DNA of 63,474 bases, the filler included, from Octopus bimaculoides (lineage: Eukaryota): assembly GCF_001194135.2 (NCBI RefSeq). It is 4 parts of 4 records of this genome, joined end to end, with 100 filler letters (N's around TTAATTAATTAA, not from the genome) between each part and the next. Parts side by side here need not be neighbours in the genome. Positions count along the whole stretch, not along the records: positions 21,498 to 52,634 come from NC_068998.1; positions 52,735 to 54,664 come from NW_026339227.1; positions 54,765 to 63,474 come from NC_068982.1; 1 more part is not named here. The stretch is one strand, 5' to 3'. How positions within the stretch are numbered: position 1 is the first letter of the stretch; every line of letters starts with the position of its first letter. The position numbers were made by a program, and so were the translations under genes. The notes under the pieces were generated by a model. That model did not search any database. It had not been told where the DNA came from and saw nothing but the letters and a program-made list of their open reading frames with translations. This document shows, piece after piece, positions 52,375-63,474 of this stretch.

Positions 52375-54764
52375 TGTATGTATGTATGTATATGTGTGTA
52401 TATATATATATTTGTATATATATATATGTGTGTGTATATATGTGTGTATATATATGTGTGGGCTAGCACTTAAGCTAATTTATTGAAATAGAGTGCTTTG
52501 CTCAAGTTTACAAAGCTCTGCTCGGTTCCAGAATCGAACCTCCGATCTTATAGTCCTGAAGAGAGTACGATAACCATCAGACCATGCATTTTCACATACA
52601 TACATACATACACACATACACACATACATACATANNNNNNNNNNNNNNNNNNNNNNNNNNNNNNNNNNNNNNNNNNNNTTAATTAATTAANNNNNNNNNN
52701 NNNNNNNNNNNNNNNNNNNNNNNNNNNNNNNNNNCTACCAAATCCACTCACAAGGCTTTGGTCGGTCCGAGGCTATAGTATAAGTTGCCATGCAGTGAAA
52801 CTGAGCCTGGAAATTTGTGGTTGGGAAGCAAGCTTCTCACCACACACCCACGCCTATGCATGTGTGTTTATGTATAAGTTTATATATAGGATGAACAGGA
52901 AGAACAAACGTTTAAATAATAGTTCTTACGTGCGTGTAACAAAGGATCGTCAAGAACAACTCTATTGTATTAAGTTGCGTAGTTATAAAAAGATAGAGAG
53001 AAAGAGGGATAAATAAATCATATCTATTTGTCTATATATATATATAAATGTTAAATCTTTAAAAAAAATAACAAAAATTGATTTACCTTTATAACGCCGG
53101 CTCCAAATATGACTTCAGTTTGAATTTTTTACAGAAATTAAACAAGTTTTATCCACTGATGTGTATATATTCTATTGCTTCATATAAGATTTTGTCTCAC
53201 GTTCCAGCTGGTATCCGAAAAGCATACTGAATGAATTACCGTGTTGCAATAATTATCTAAGTGTATTTTTTTTAAACGAGAGTGCCAGTATTTTCTCTTG
53301 ATGTATGTGATTGGCTGCAATTCTTTAATATCCGGAAAATAAATCCATTTCCCAGCTAGACCCCATTCCTACTCGTCAAGTATTGAAATGGTCGCAGTGC
53401 AACATGAGATGAAGTATTTCGCGCACAATACACCTCATTCCNNNNNNNNNNNNNNNNNNNNNNNNNNNNNNNNNNNNNNNNNNNNNNNNNNNNNNNNNNN
53501 NNNNNNNNNNNNNNNNNNNNNNNNNNNNNNNNNNNNNNNNNNNNNNNNNNNNNNNNNNNNNNNNNNNNNNNNNNNNNNNNNNNNNNNNNNNNNNNNNNNN
53601 NNNNNNNNNNNNNNNNNNNNNNNNNNNNNNNNNNNNNNNNNNNNNNNNNNNNNNNNNNNNNNNNNNNNNNNNNNNNNNNNNNNNNNNNNNNNNNNNNNNN
53701 NNNNNNNNNNNNNNNNNNNNNNNNNNNNNNNNNNNNNNNNNNNNNNNNNNNNNNNNNNNNNNNNNNNNNNNNNNNNNNNNNNNNNNNNNNNNNNNNNNNN
53801 NNNNNNNNNNNNNNNNNNNNNNNNNNNNNNNNNNNNNNNNNNNNNNNNNNNNNNNNNNNNNNNNNNNNNNNNNNNNNNNNNNNNNNNNNNNNNNNNNNNN
53901 NNNNNNNNNNNNNNNNNNNNNNNNNNNNNNNNNNNNNNNNNNNNNNNNNNNNNNNNNNNNNNNNNNNNNNNNNNNNNNNNNNNNNNNNNNNNNNNNNNNN
54001 NNNNNNNNNNNNNNNNNNNNNNNNNNNNNNNNNNNNNNNNNNNNNNNNNNNNNNNNNNNNNNNNNNNNNNNNNNNNNNNNNNNNNNNNNNNNNNNNNNNN
54101 NNNNNNNNNNNNNNNNNNNNNNNNNNNNNNNNNNNNNNNNNNNNNNNNNNNNNNNNNNNNNNNNNNNNNNNNNNNNCGTTCATTAGTCCTGAAACCTACA
54201 TCTACGATAATTATTGTAATACATCACATGATGTGGATGTTAATTTTCATAGAACTCTCCGAAATATGAGTCCGAACTTACTATCAAAATGAACCATCAA
54301 TTTATTAAATGGCATCTAGGACTAAATTATTCTGCTACTAGCAGAAGAATGAAGGTGATATTCTTCGTGGTTCACTCTCCATGTGTGTTTAGCATATTGT
54401 AACTTTCATGTACATGTGTTATGTCAAGTACAACATTCTCTCTAAGTTTTAGGGGCGTCCAGTTCACCCTGTGTAACTTGCCGCAGGACTCCCTCAGATG
54501 CAGGTGCTACAGAGTAAGGACGGTACTAATTCCCTAAGTTGTTCACTTGAGCATCCACTTACCAATTTATCATTATTCTTTTTACACACAACAGTTTAGA
54601 TTGTTGGAAAGAATTTTCCTACGTCGGGCTACATCAAGTAACCTTAGATGTCAAGAACCTTCCTNNNNNNNNNNNNNNNNNNNNNNNNNNNNNNNNNNNN
54701 NNNNNNNNTTAATTAATTAANNNNNNNNNNNNNNNNNNNNNNNNNNNNNNNNNNNNNNNNNNNN

Positions 54765-54961
54765 CTTGTGTCTATTAAAACCTAAATTGTTCTCAACATG
54801 AAATATAGCAGCATACCAAAAACGTGAGCGGGCAAGACATTTAAAATCACCTAAACAAGCATTATTAAACGGGAACTAGTTTCGGATGTCTTGCCCGCTC
54901 ACGTTTTTGGTATGCTGCTATATTTCATGTTGAGAACAATTTAGGTTTTAATAGACACAAG
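54765..54961. repeat. Perfect 76-bp inverted repeat with 45-bp spacer at a contig edge
   Basis: 54765-54840 is the exact reverse complement of 54886-54961. Confidence 0.95.
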
Positions 54962-55646
54962 ATGTGATCTATTTCTAGCGCATCAATTGTCCACGTTAGT
55001 GGTCGACGTTATTTTTATATATATATATATATATATATTATGTATAAAACAAAATATATATAAACCGCATACAATAGGAAAAAATATATATGCATATACA
55101 ATGAATAATTGAAAGGAAATGATGCATTTATAAATAAATGCGCATCTACACATCTAACGAAATGTCAACTGCACCATAAAATATGGAGAATAAACCTGTA
55201 CAGCTTTCAGAGAAAATGTCCATTCTAGAACTCACATATATTGTCGCTTGTCTACTGGCTTTTACGCTATGTTAGTGTTTTCTTGAAAAGAGATTTATGA
55301 AAAATTAAAGCATTACTTTTCTCAAAGGCTGGATCTAGCATACATTTTCCTTTATCTGTCTCGTTCAGTTTGTTTTTCTTGTTCATCTTTTCTTTCTTTC
55401 TTTCTTTCTTTAATTCTTTCTTTCTTCGATGTCCCGTTATATTTTGCTAAAAGATGTAAGTTTGTAGTATATTGAAAAATAGCATTTTTAAAATAGAAAA
55501 AAAAACTCTTCTGTATTGTACATTCGTTATTAGATTTTGCTTTTAGTTTAGCTAAATACGTCTTGATGAAGCATGGCGTTCAGCGGGGAAAAAGAACACA
55601 CGACGAAGCTGAAACAATATAAAACCACAAAGTTTCAAAAAAATCC

Positions 55647-56030
55647 TAGCTATGTGGTAAGTAGCTTGTTTACCAGCCACATGGTTCCGGGTTCAGTCCC
55701 ACTGCGTGGCACCTTGGGCAAGTGTCTTCTAGTATAGCCTTGGATTGACCAAAGCCTTGCGAGTGGATTTGGTAGACGGAAACTGAAAGAAGCCCATCGT
55801 ATATATGTTTATGTGTGTATATGTGTGTGTGTTTGTGTTTGTCCCCCCTCCTAGCATTGCTTGATAACCGATGCTGATGTGTTTACGTCCTCGTAACTTA
55901 GCGGTTCAGCACAAGTGACCGATAGAATAAGTACTAGGCTTACAAAGAATAAGTCCTGGGGTCAATTTGCTTGACTAAAGGCGGTGCTCCAGCATGGCCA
56001 CAGTCAAATGACTGAAACAAGTGAAAGAGT
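55647..56030 (+). mobile_element. Near full-length SINE family A
   Basis: tRNA-like head with B-box-like GGTTCAGTCCC, internal TA/TG tract, tail CCAGCATGGCCACAGTCAAATGACTGAAACAAG. Confidence 0.85.
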
Positions 56031-57095
56031 ATTCGTGTAAAAATATGAGAAATATATTTGTACGTAGAGATTTGTTGTAAACGGCTTAGAAAAACAAATT
56101 AATCTGGTTAATTCTTGCAGCGTCCCTCGTGTGTTCTTTTATCTTTTAGTTTGTAGGGGAGCTAGTGCGTATGACCCGTGACAAATTTCTGAGATAAGAT
56201 GGAAGGAGAGAGGAAGAGATGTCCGCAACCCCCGATACGCGGCCTAAAAGCTTGGACAAGGTGTATACTGTTACAGTCAACTGAGATGCCAGATGGTGGT
56301 GCTGAACTGAACGCCTAATTATATCTACCTTTGAGTAGGCTAATGCGAATTTGAACTCGCCATGTGTAAGGAGCAGGAAAAAGTATATCACAAAGCATTC
56401 CTTTCAGTTTCCGTCTACCAAATCCACTCACAAGGCTCTGGTCAATCCGATGCTTTAGAAGAAGAGACTTGCTCACACAGCCACACCGGCACCTTTTATA
56501 TAGATACAAGATCAGAATGCCTTTTCTTTTGGCGGGTATGGTTGGGATAAGTTGCTTATATGTCGATATAGTGGTTGGCTGTTATAATATTTTACAGGTA
56601 CCTCGAACGATGAAGTTTTAAGTCAGAGTTGAGTTAAAACTAACGAAAAGGTATGCGACTAAACACCCTCAAAATATTCTGTTTGGCACTCCATTGATTG
56701 TACCAAATCGAAGCCATTAGGTTCATCTTTCGAATATTTAAACAACGAGACACTAATTGCCGCCTTTTAAGTTCATTGTTATCTTATACAATCAACCATC
56801 TCACTGACAAAACAGCAACACACATTAATTTATTACTGTAAAATTGCTTTTGAAAAGACACAAAATCTTATATTTTCGGCGATATAACATCTGATATCGT
56901 GACTTGCATGCATTTTCCAATGGTTTTGTTTAATGTGTAAATTGATTTCAACATGAAATCGAAACAAGGGTGTAGCTTCGGCACGCTGAAGCGTCGCTAC
57001 GTCGTATTCTAATTCTTTTATACTTTAGTTATTCTACTTGTTTCAGTCATTGGACTGCGACCATGCTGCAACACCGTCTTGAAGTGTTTAGTTGA

Positions 57096-57155
<60 letters not shown>

Positions 57156-57241
57156 GTCTGTCTGTCTGTCCATCTAACTATGTTACTTACCTACTCACTT
57201 TTATGTTTGTCTGTCTGCCTGTCAGTCAATTTGCCTGTCTG

Positions 57242-57288
<47 letters not shown>

Positions 57289-57541
57289 TCTCGGTTTTTT
57301 CCTGTACCAAATTCACTTACATGCATTGACTGAGCCCGAACTGTAGTAGAAGACGCGCAAGAAAATACAGAATTTTAGAACTGAAGTTCTAAGCCTTAGA
57401 GTTATGTGCAAATATTCTTTGGATATATTTCTTACTGGAAGAACTACTTTTCATATCTGTATCTATGATTCCTATCTAGAAAAAATAACCATACGTCAAT
57501 TAATCTGTGATTCCGTGAAATCTGCTGAAAAGATACACAAA

Positions 57542-57708
57542 GGCGCAGGAGTGACTGTGTGTAGTAAGTAGCTTGTTTACCAACCACATGGTTCCGGGTT
57601 CATTCCCACTGCGTGGCATCTTGGGCAAGTGTCTTCTAATATGACCTCGGGACGATCAAAGCCTTGTGTGTGAATTTGGTAGACGGAAACTGAAAGAAGC
57701 CCGTCGTA

Positions 57709-57777
<69 letters not shown>

Positions 57778-57990
57778 ATGCTTGTGTGTCTGTGTTTGTC
57801 CCCACAGCATTGCTTGACAACCGACGCTAGTGTGTTTATGTCCCTGTATCTTAGCGGTTCGGCAGAAGAAACCGATAGAATAAATACTAGGCTTACAAAG
57901 AATAAGTCCTGGGGTCGATTTGCTCAACTAAAGGCGGTACTCCAGCGTGGCCGCAGTCAAATGACCGAAACAAGTAACAGAGTAAAAAAG
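57542..57990 (+). mobile_element. Full-length SINE family A with expanded internal (TA)n(TG)n
   Basis: GGCGCAGGAGTGACTGTGTG...GGTTCCGGGTTCATTCCC...AAGAAGCCCGTCG(TA)n(TG)n...GGCCGCAGTCAAATGACCGAAACAAG. Confidence 0.88.
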
Positions 57991-60979
57991 TAAAAGAGCA
58001 AATAACACATGAGCATCTAAGCTCAAGTTTTCAACTCGTATATATGGCTAAGGGTGAACTAATTTAGCATCAGTTTGAAATATGCTCGACAGTTCGATGC
58101 TACAAGATGTTGAATGCACTAAACATTGGGCTTTCGTTTCATTTGCACGGTGCTCTGTACTTCCGAGACACGTGATGATTCACTAATTTATTCTCTTGTC
58201 CTGAGCATTCATCCGTAGTATATACGTAAGTAAAAGACTTCAATAAAGGACTCCGTTGCATTAATGGTTTGAAGAGCTGATCACTTTATTAGATTAAATT
58301 TTGTGTAGATAGACTCGATTTAATTATTTCAGTATCACAATGAAACTGGAAACAATTTGAATAGAAGGCCAAGAGATTGGAGACAAATTATATCATGAAT
58401 GGTCAATCAGCCTGGAAAATTTAACTGGATTAAAAACGTTCGCAATATGAAGCACAATGGATGGAATTGAAGTAGTTCAGTTGATTTCATTTGTCACCAC
58501 TATACTCCTATATCACTGCGCCAGTTTTTCAGCTTGTAATAACTACTCATCACTTTTATCGCAATAGTAATGGTCATTTGACCTGCTATAGATAACAGTT
58601 AATTATAACTTAAATTACAATTTAACAATCTTAAGAAAAGAAAGACACAGTCGATGCTCTATGCTTAAAAGAAAAGAAGAAACAGGATGGCCATGAGTTG
58701 AACAGATTTCCTTGATATGATCTGACTCGGGGAATAAACACCAATAACAATCACCTCGCTTACCACCAAGAAAATGAAAGTACTAATAAAAACACATTTT
58801 GATATGTCGTTCATAAGATGCAACTTCTGAAAGCGAGATTAGAAAGAAGTGAAAATAATAAAGATAACCTTCAATATTTGCACACAATTCGCCCTCAAAC
58901 CTCGAATAACATTTCCAAGAAATATATACGAAGAAAAAAAAGACGACTGTTTAAATTGCTTCTAATAAAATTTCTTGCTCTTCTTTATTTGGATATTTGA
59001 TTTTAGAAGCACCAACGGCATCAGAATGTTTCTGTTTTGAAGTGACAATAAACTGACATGAACTTGGTGTGGTTTAGCCTCAGCTGTTCTTGTTTCTTTT
59101 CAGTCTAACCAAATCACTTTATCGATCGGATAATCCGTTTTCACTTATTATCAGAATTTATTTCAACACTTTTGTGTTGAATTGGTAAGAATAAAAAAAG
59201 ACCTGTTGTGAAGTTCTGTACATCTAAATTTTCTGAGTTAAGTAATCATTTTTACAGAAATTTTATTTCTGGACCATTGTATTGTATGTATATTTACTAA
59301 CCTACAATTGAGACCAAGTATATTCTCTATTTGCCAATATCTAAATTAAATCTATTTATCTCCTTCCCTTTCCGTCTGCCCCTTTTTGTCTTTTATTCCC
59401 TCTTTCAAAACGAAGAGAAAATACTAACATTAAAGAACGTGCCTCAGTGCAATCAATTTCTAAACCTCGGGTATAATTCTATTACTAAAATCCAGACATA
59501 CATGCTTCCGTCACAGCATCGCTGTATAAAGCGATTTTACAGATTTTACTATTCTTTGTGTACGTGGGTTATTAACTCTCGCTCAGGCCAAAGGAAGTTT
59601 TCTGTATTCAAATACTTCACAGTATTCTGGAAAGTTAAAGTAAGTATCTAACAATAAGTAGCGGCTAGAAATCCAAATAACTTAAGTGGAACTTGTACGT
59701 ATTAATTTAATGATCTTTGCAACTTTTGAAAAATATCCAAAGATCAAATAATTGTAGTACACTCGTAGCTTATCTGAATCGACAGTATGTTAAAATATCG
59801 AGTAAAAGTTGAAGTTTGATATCCCATCATTATCCAGGCAGAATACTTAACTGTCAACTGGTTGGCTTTGCTAAGCTATAGATAATAATATAGGTATTTT
59901 AAGTAGTTAAATCTCAACACTAAGCAGTGACGATATTGTACAATCGATCTGTGTTTACTTAGATGCTGTGCTGTATTCAGTGTTTAAATGTTTTCATTGT
60001 GATTTGTCTGGAAAGAGGTGGATACTGTGATGGTTGAGTAGTCAAAGATTCACCATAAGATTCACTCTATGGAGAAGTATGGAGTCTGTTATGCTACACG
60101 AAACTTAGCTCTACTGAATTGATTGGATGTTGGACTACGGCATAAAGGGGAACTGCCCGAATATTGCCACAAGAGCCGAATTATATCCGTGAGAAAGACT
60201 GCAACGAGTATAATTCATTGATACATTGCTAAGATTTAAACACAGGAAATAATCTCTGTGTAATTAATTATTATTTTGTGTTATTGTATTTCCGAATACA
60301 AATAAGGTAAATGAAAACATCAGGAAACCATTCAGACTTAAAGATTAGTAGAAAATCCTCTTGTAATATGGCTTCAAATTTTGGCACAAGGCCAGCAACA
60401 TCGATCCCAGTAGTCAAATGGTACTTCATTTATCGACCTCGAAAGGATGACAGACAAAGTCGACCTTGGCAGAATTGGAACTCAGAAGGTAGACAGACGA
60501 AGTGCCACTAAGCATTTTACTTGCCCAGTGTGCCACCCTGCAACAACTTGTAATATAATAGTTTTTTTTTTAATGTACTAAACACACACTATGTACTGTG
60601 TGCCACAGAAGAACTATGAACAGATCAATGACGAACGGCTTTCTCGCTGTTGATATGACGCTGTTTATTAACGATGCCTAATATCTATTCACTACGAACG
60701 TTTTTTACAAGTCCATAGTTTTGGTGTGAGAAGGATGTGGTACGTAATTTTAGCCGGTGAAGTAACGACGTAGAGGCCGTCCAGTTAGTTTGTTATACAT
60801 ATATGGACCCAAAAGATGGCACCTAATATTATTGAAAACTATTTTCCTGCTGAACAATCAAATGCCATATCCTAGTTGTAAATTTATCCTCTCATCGCCT
60901 TGAGACTATGAGAAACGATATTAAACATCAGGCCTGTGGAATCTTGTGACTCGTAAAACAATTAACAAATATGGCAGTA

Positions 60980-61475
<496 letters not shown>

Positions 61476-61752
61476 AATGTATGCATGTATAGGTGTGAAG
61501 AATGTTGTGCGTATATATGTTGATGTATGTCACATGTACGCGTTAGTGTTTGTTATGTGCGTGCGTGAGTGTGTCTGCATGTGCGTGTACGCGTGCAATG
61601 CGTGAATGTGTTTGAAATGATAACAGCGTGATAAAGTGAAAAAAGAACTCGCTTTCAAAGTATACACATGTGTTTATTGCGTATATAATGCATGTGCATG
61701 TGCGTGTGTGTGTCTTCGTTCTTGAATGTCTTAGCATACATATACATGTGTG

Positions 61753-61784
<32 letters not shown>

Positions 61785-62691
61785 CATACATGCATACGTC
61801 TATATGCATGTATACGTGTAAGTATATATTTGTTTGTAAATATCTATATGTATATGTATGAGTGTATGAAATGTTTTCTCGGTGCATTTAGCAGATTACT
61901 TTTGCATCAAGCTAGTACCCAATTAACGCATGGATTTCTCATTTGCGATAGGTGTGTATGCCCACGCACAATAAGTTTTACTCTGTGTTGATGAAGTTTA
62001 CTCTATGATGATGGACTATGCTTGCGAGTGTGTGTATGTGTGTGAGCTCATGTATAAGACAGTGAGTGCTTGCTTCTTGTAAGCAATTTTCAAAAAAAAA
62101 AAAAAACAACAACAAAAATCAAAAGGAAAAAACAAACAAAACAAACAAAAATACCTATATATTTACATATGTGCGTTGAATTAAATCAAACACACGCATG
62201 CAGACACACACACACACGCACACACATACACTCACACAGAGAGTAATTTTAGGTTTTATTCATTTGCGAGAAAATAATGCAATTTGAGAAACATAGAAGT
62301 TTTTAAATTCTTACCTTAGCAGCAAATCATTTTGTAAATTTCCATGCGTCCCCACAAAAAGAAAAAAAAAAAAACAGAAAAAAAACTAGAAAAAAAAACT
62401 TAAAATGTAAAACAAAACAAGTAAAAATAAATGTAAAAGTTAATACACACAACAAGTAATTATTTTTCACATATGTTTAGAGCATAAATACGAGGAGAAG
62501 GGATTAGTTGATTAGATCGTCTCCAGTATTTCGTTCTTTAGTTTATCCACAATAGAAGGATTAAAAGTGAGTTCTGTACACTCCCGAGATGAATATAGGT
62601 AAACGACCGTAACGCAATACATCAAATAAGTTTGTTTGATGCTCCACCGATTATTCCAATGCTACAATTCTATGTGAATGTATATGTATGA

Positions 62692-62761
<70 letters not shown>

Positions 62762-63474
62762 CCATTCTGTCTGTCTGTAGTCTCAATAGATGAGATCCAG
62801 ACAAGTTCAATATAGATAATACACGTAGAAGTGCTCAAATGATTTGAAATGAAATCCAGAAACCTCCAGCGAGGACTATGTCCGCCGGGTAATGAGTGAC
62901 TAGAAGAGAAATCCAGGTCAACTGATATGGAGAGTGCGTTGCAAATGAACACGCTTGAGCTTGATATATAATATACTAACATAGATATATACATCGTTTT
63001 TCTTATGCAAAAGTGTCGTAAGTCCAAAACATTGTTTTTTTAGAAAACGAAAAATAGTTTCACCACTCCATAACAAAACCGTTGTACTACACTTTGACAA
63101 TTTTTGATATCTTGGCATCTGAAGCAGCTGGAGATACGATAGTGAACTGAACGTTGTAAATCTCTGAAGAGGCCTAGTGAATCATGCATGTACTTCTATT
63201 GCATCCTTTTCATCTACCAATTACTCCAGCTTACTGAAGTTATATAGATAGAATGGGGCATGCCAATACTAGGCCGAAACAGCTGTAAGACTTTGTCCCT
63301 TCTTCGGTCGCTAAATGTCCTTTTGAACTTTTAATTTTTAATTGTTGATATGACATAGTGTGTCATATGTGTTTGTATATTGTCTTTATTGTACTTTTGG
63401 TTGAAAAATAAACGGATTAATTAACATAGTACAGTGTCTGCAAGTTGATGATTACCACATATTTCCCTCCATTT

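Noticed and set aside
18001-54269. Long ORFs dominated by X (18001, 27747, 27760, 27802, 36100, 53356, 53388 and others)
   Set aside because: They stay open only because N gaps contain no stop codons.
3638-57990. Recurring short motifs resembling CRISPR repeats, and tRNA-like heads
   Set aside because: They are dispersed eukaryotic SINEs, not regularly spaced arrays. The heads have only box-like remnants and no complete cloverleaf that I can support.

Overview
AT-rich, microsatellite- and SINE-laden eukaryotic DNA. The repeat families suggest an Octopus draft assembly (inference). It has many N gaps and three synthetic 100-nt joins (N44-TTAATTAATTAA-N44), so the window is at least four stitched pieces. 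One protein-coding gene is well supported: a + strand stonin/stoned gene with a giant 5.9-kb exon (10703-16633) spliced in phase 1 to a terminal exon (20050-20351). This gives about 2070 aa from Met at 10723, ending in a stonin-homology domain and a mu-homology domain. The most interesting observation is that the N-terminal half looks like Drosophila Stoned-A (lysine-rich LKxPK motif, EEW...KTQ..L.R helix, dense DPF array), while the C-terminal half looks like Stoned-B (NPF cluster, SHD, MHD). The two appear as one uninterrupted ORF rather than a dicistronic pair. The rest of the window is transposon debris: several SINE families, nested hAT and piggyBac-like MITEs, two mariner fragments, a Helitron remnant, an RTE fragment and two CRE-like RLE-retrotransposon fragments.
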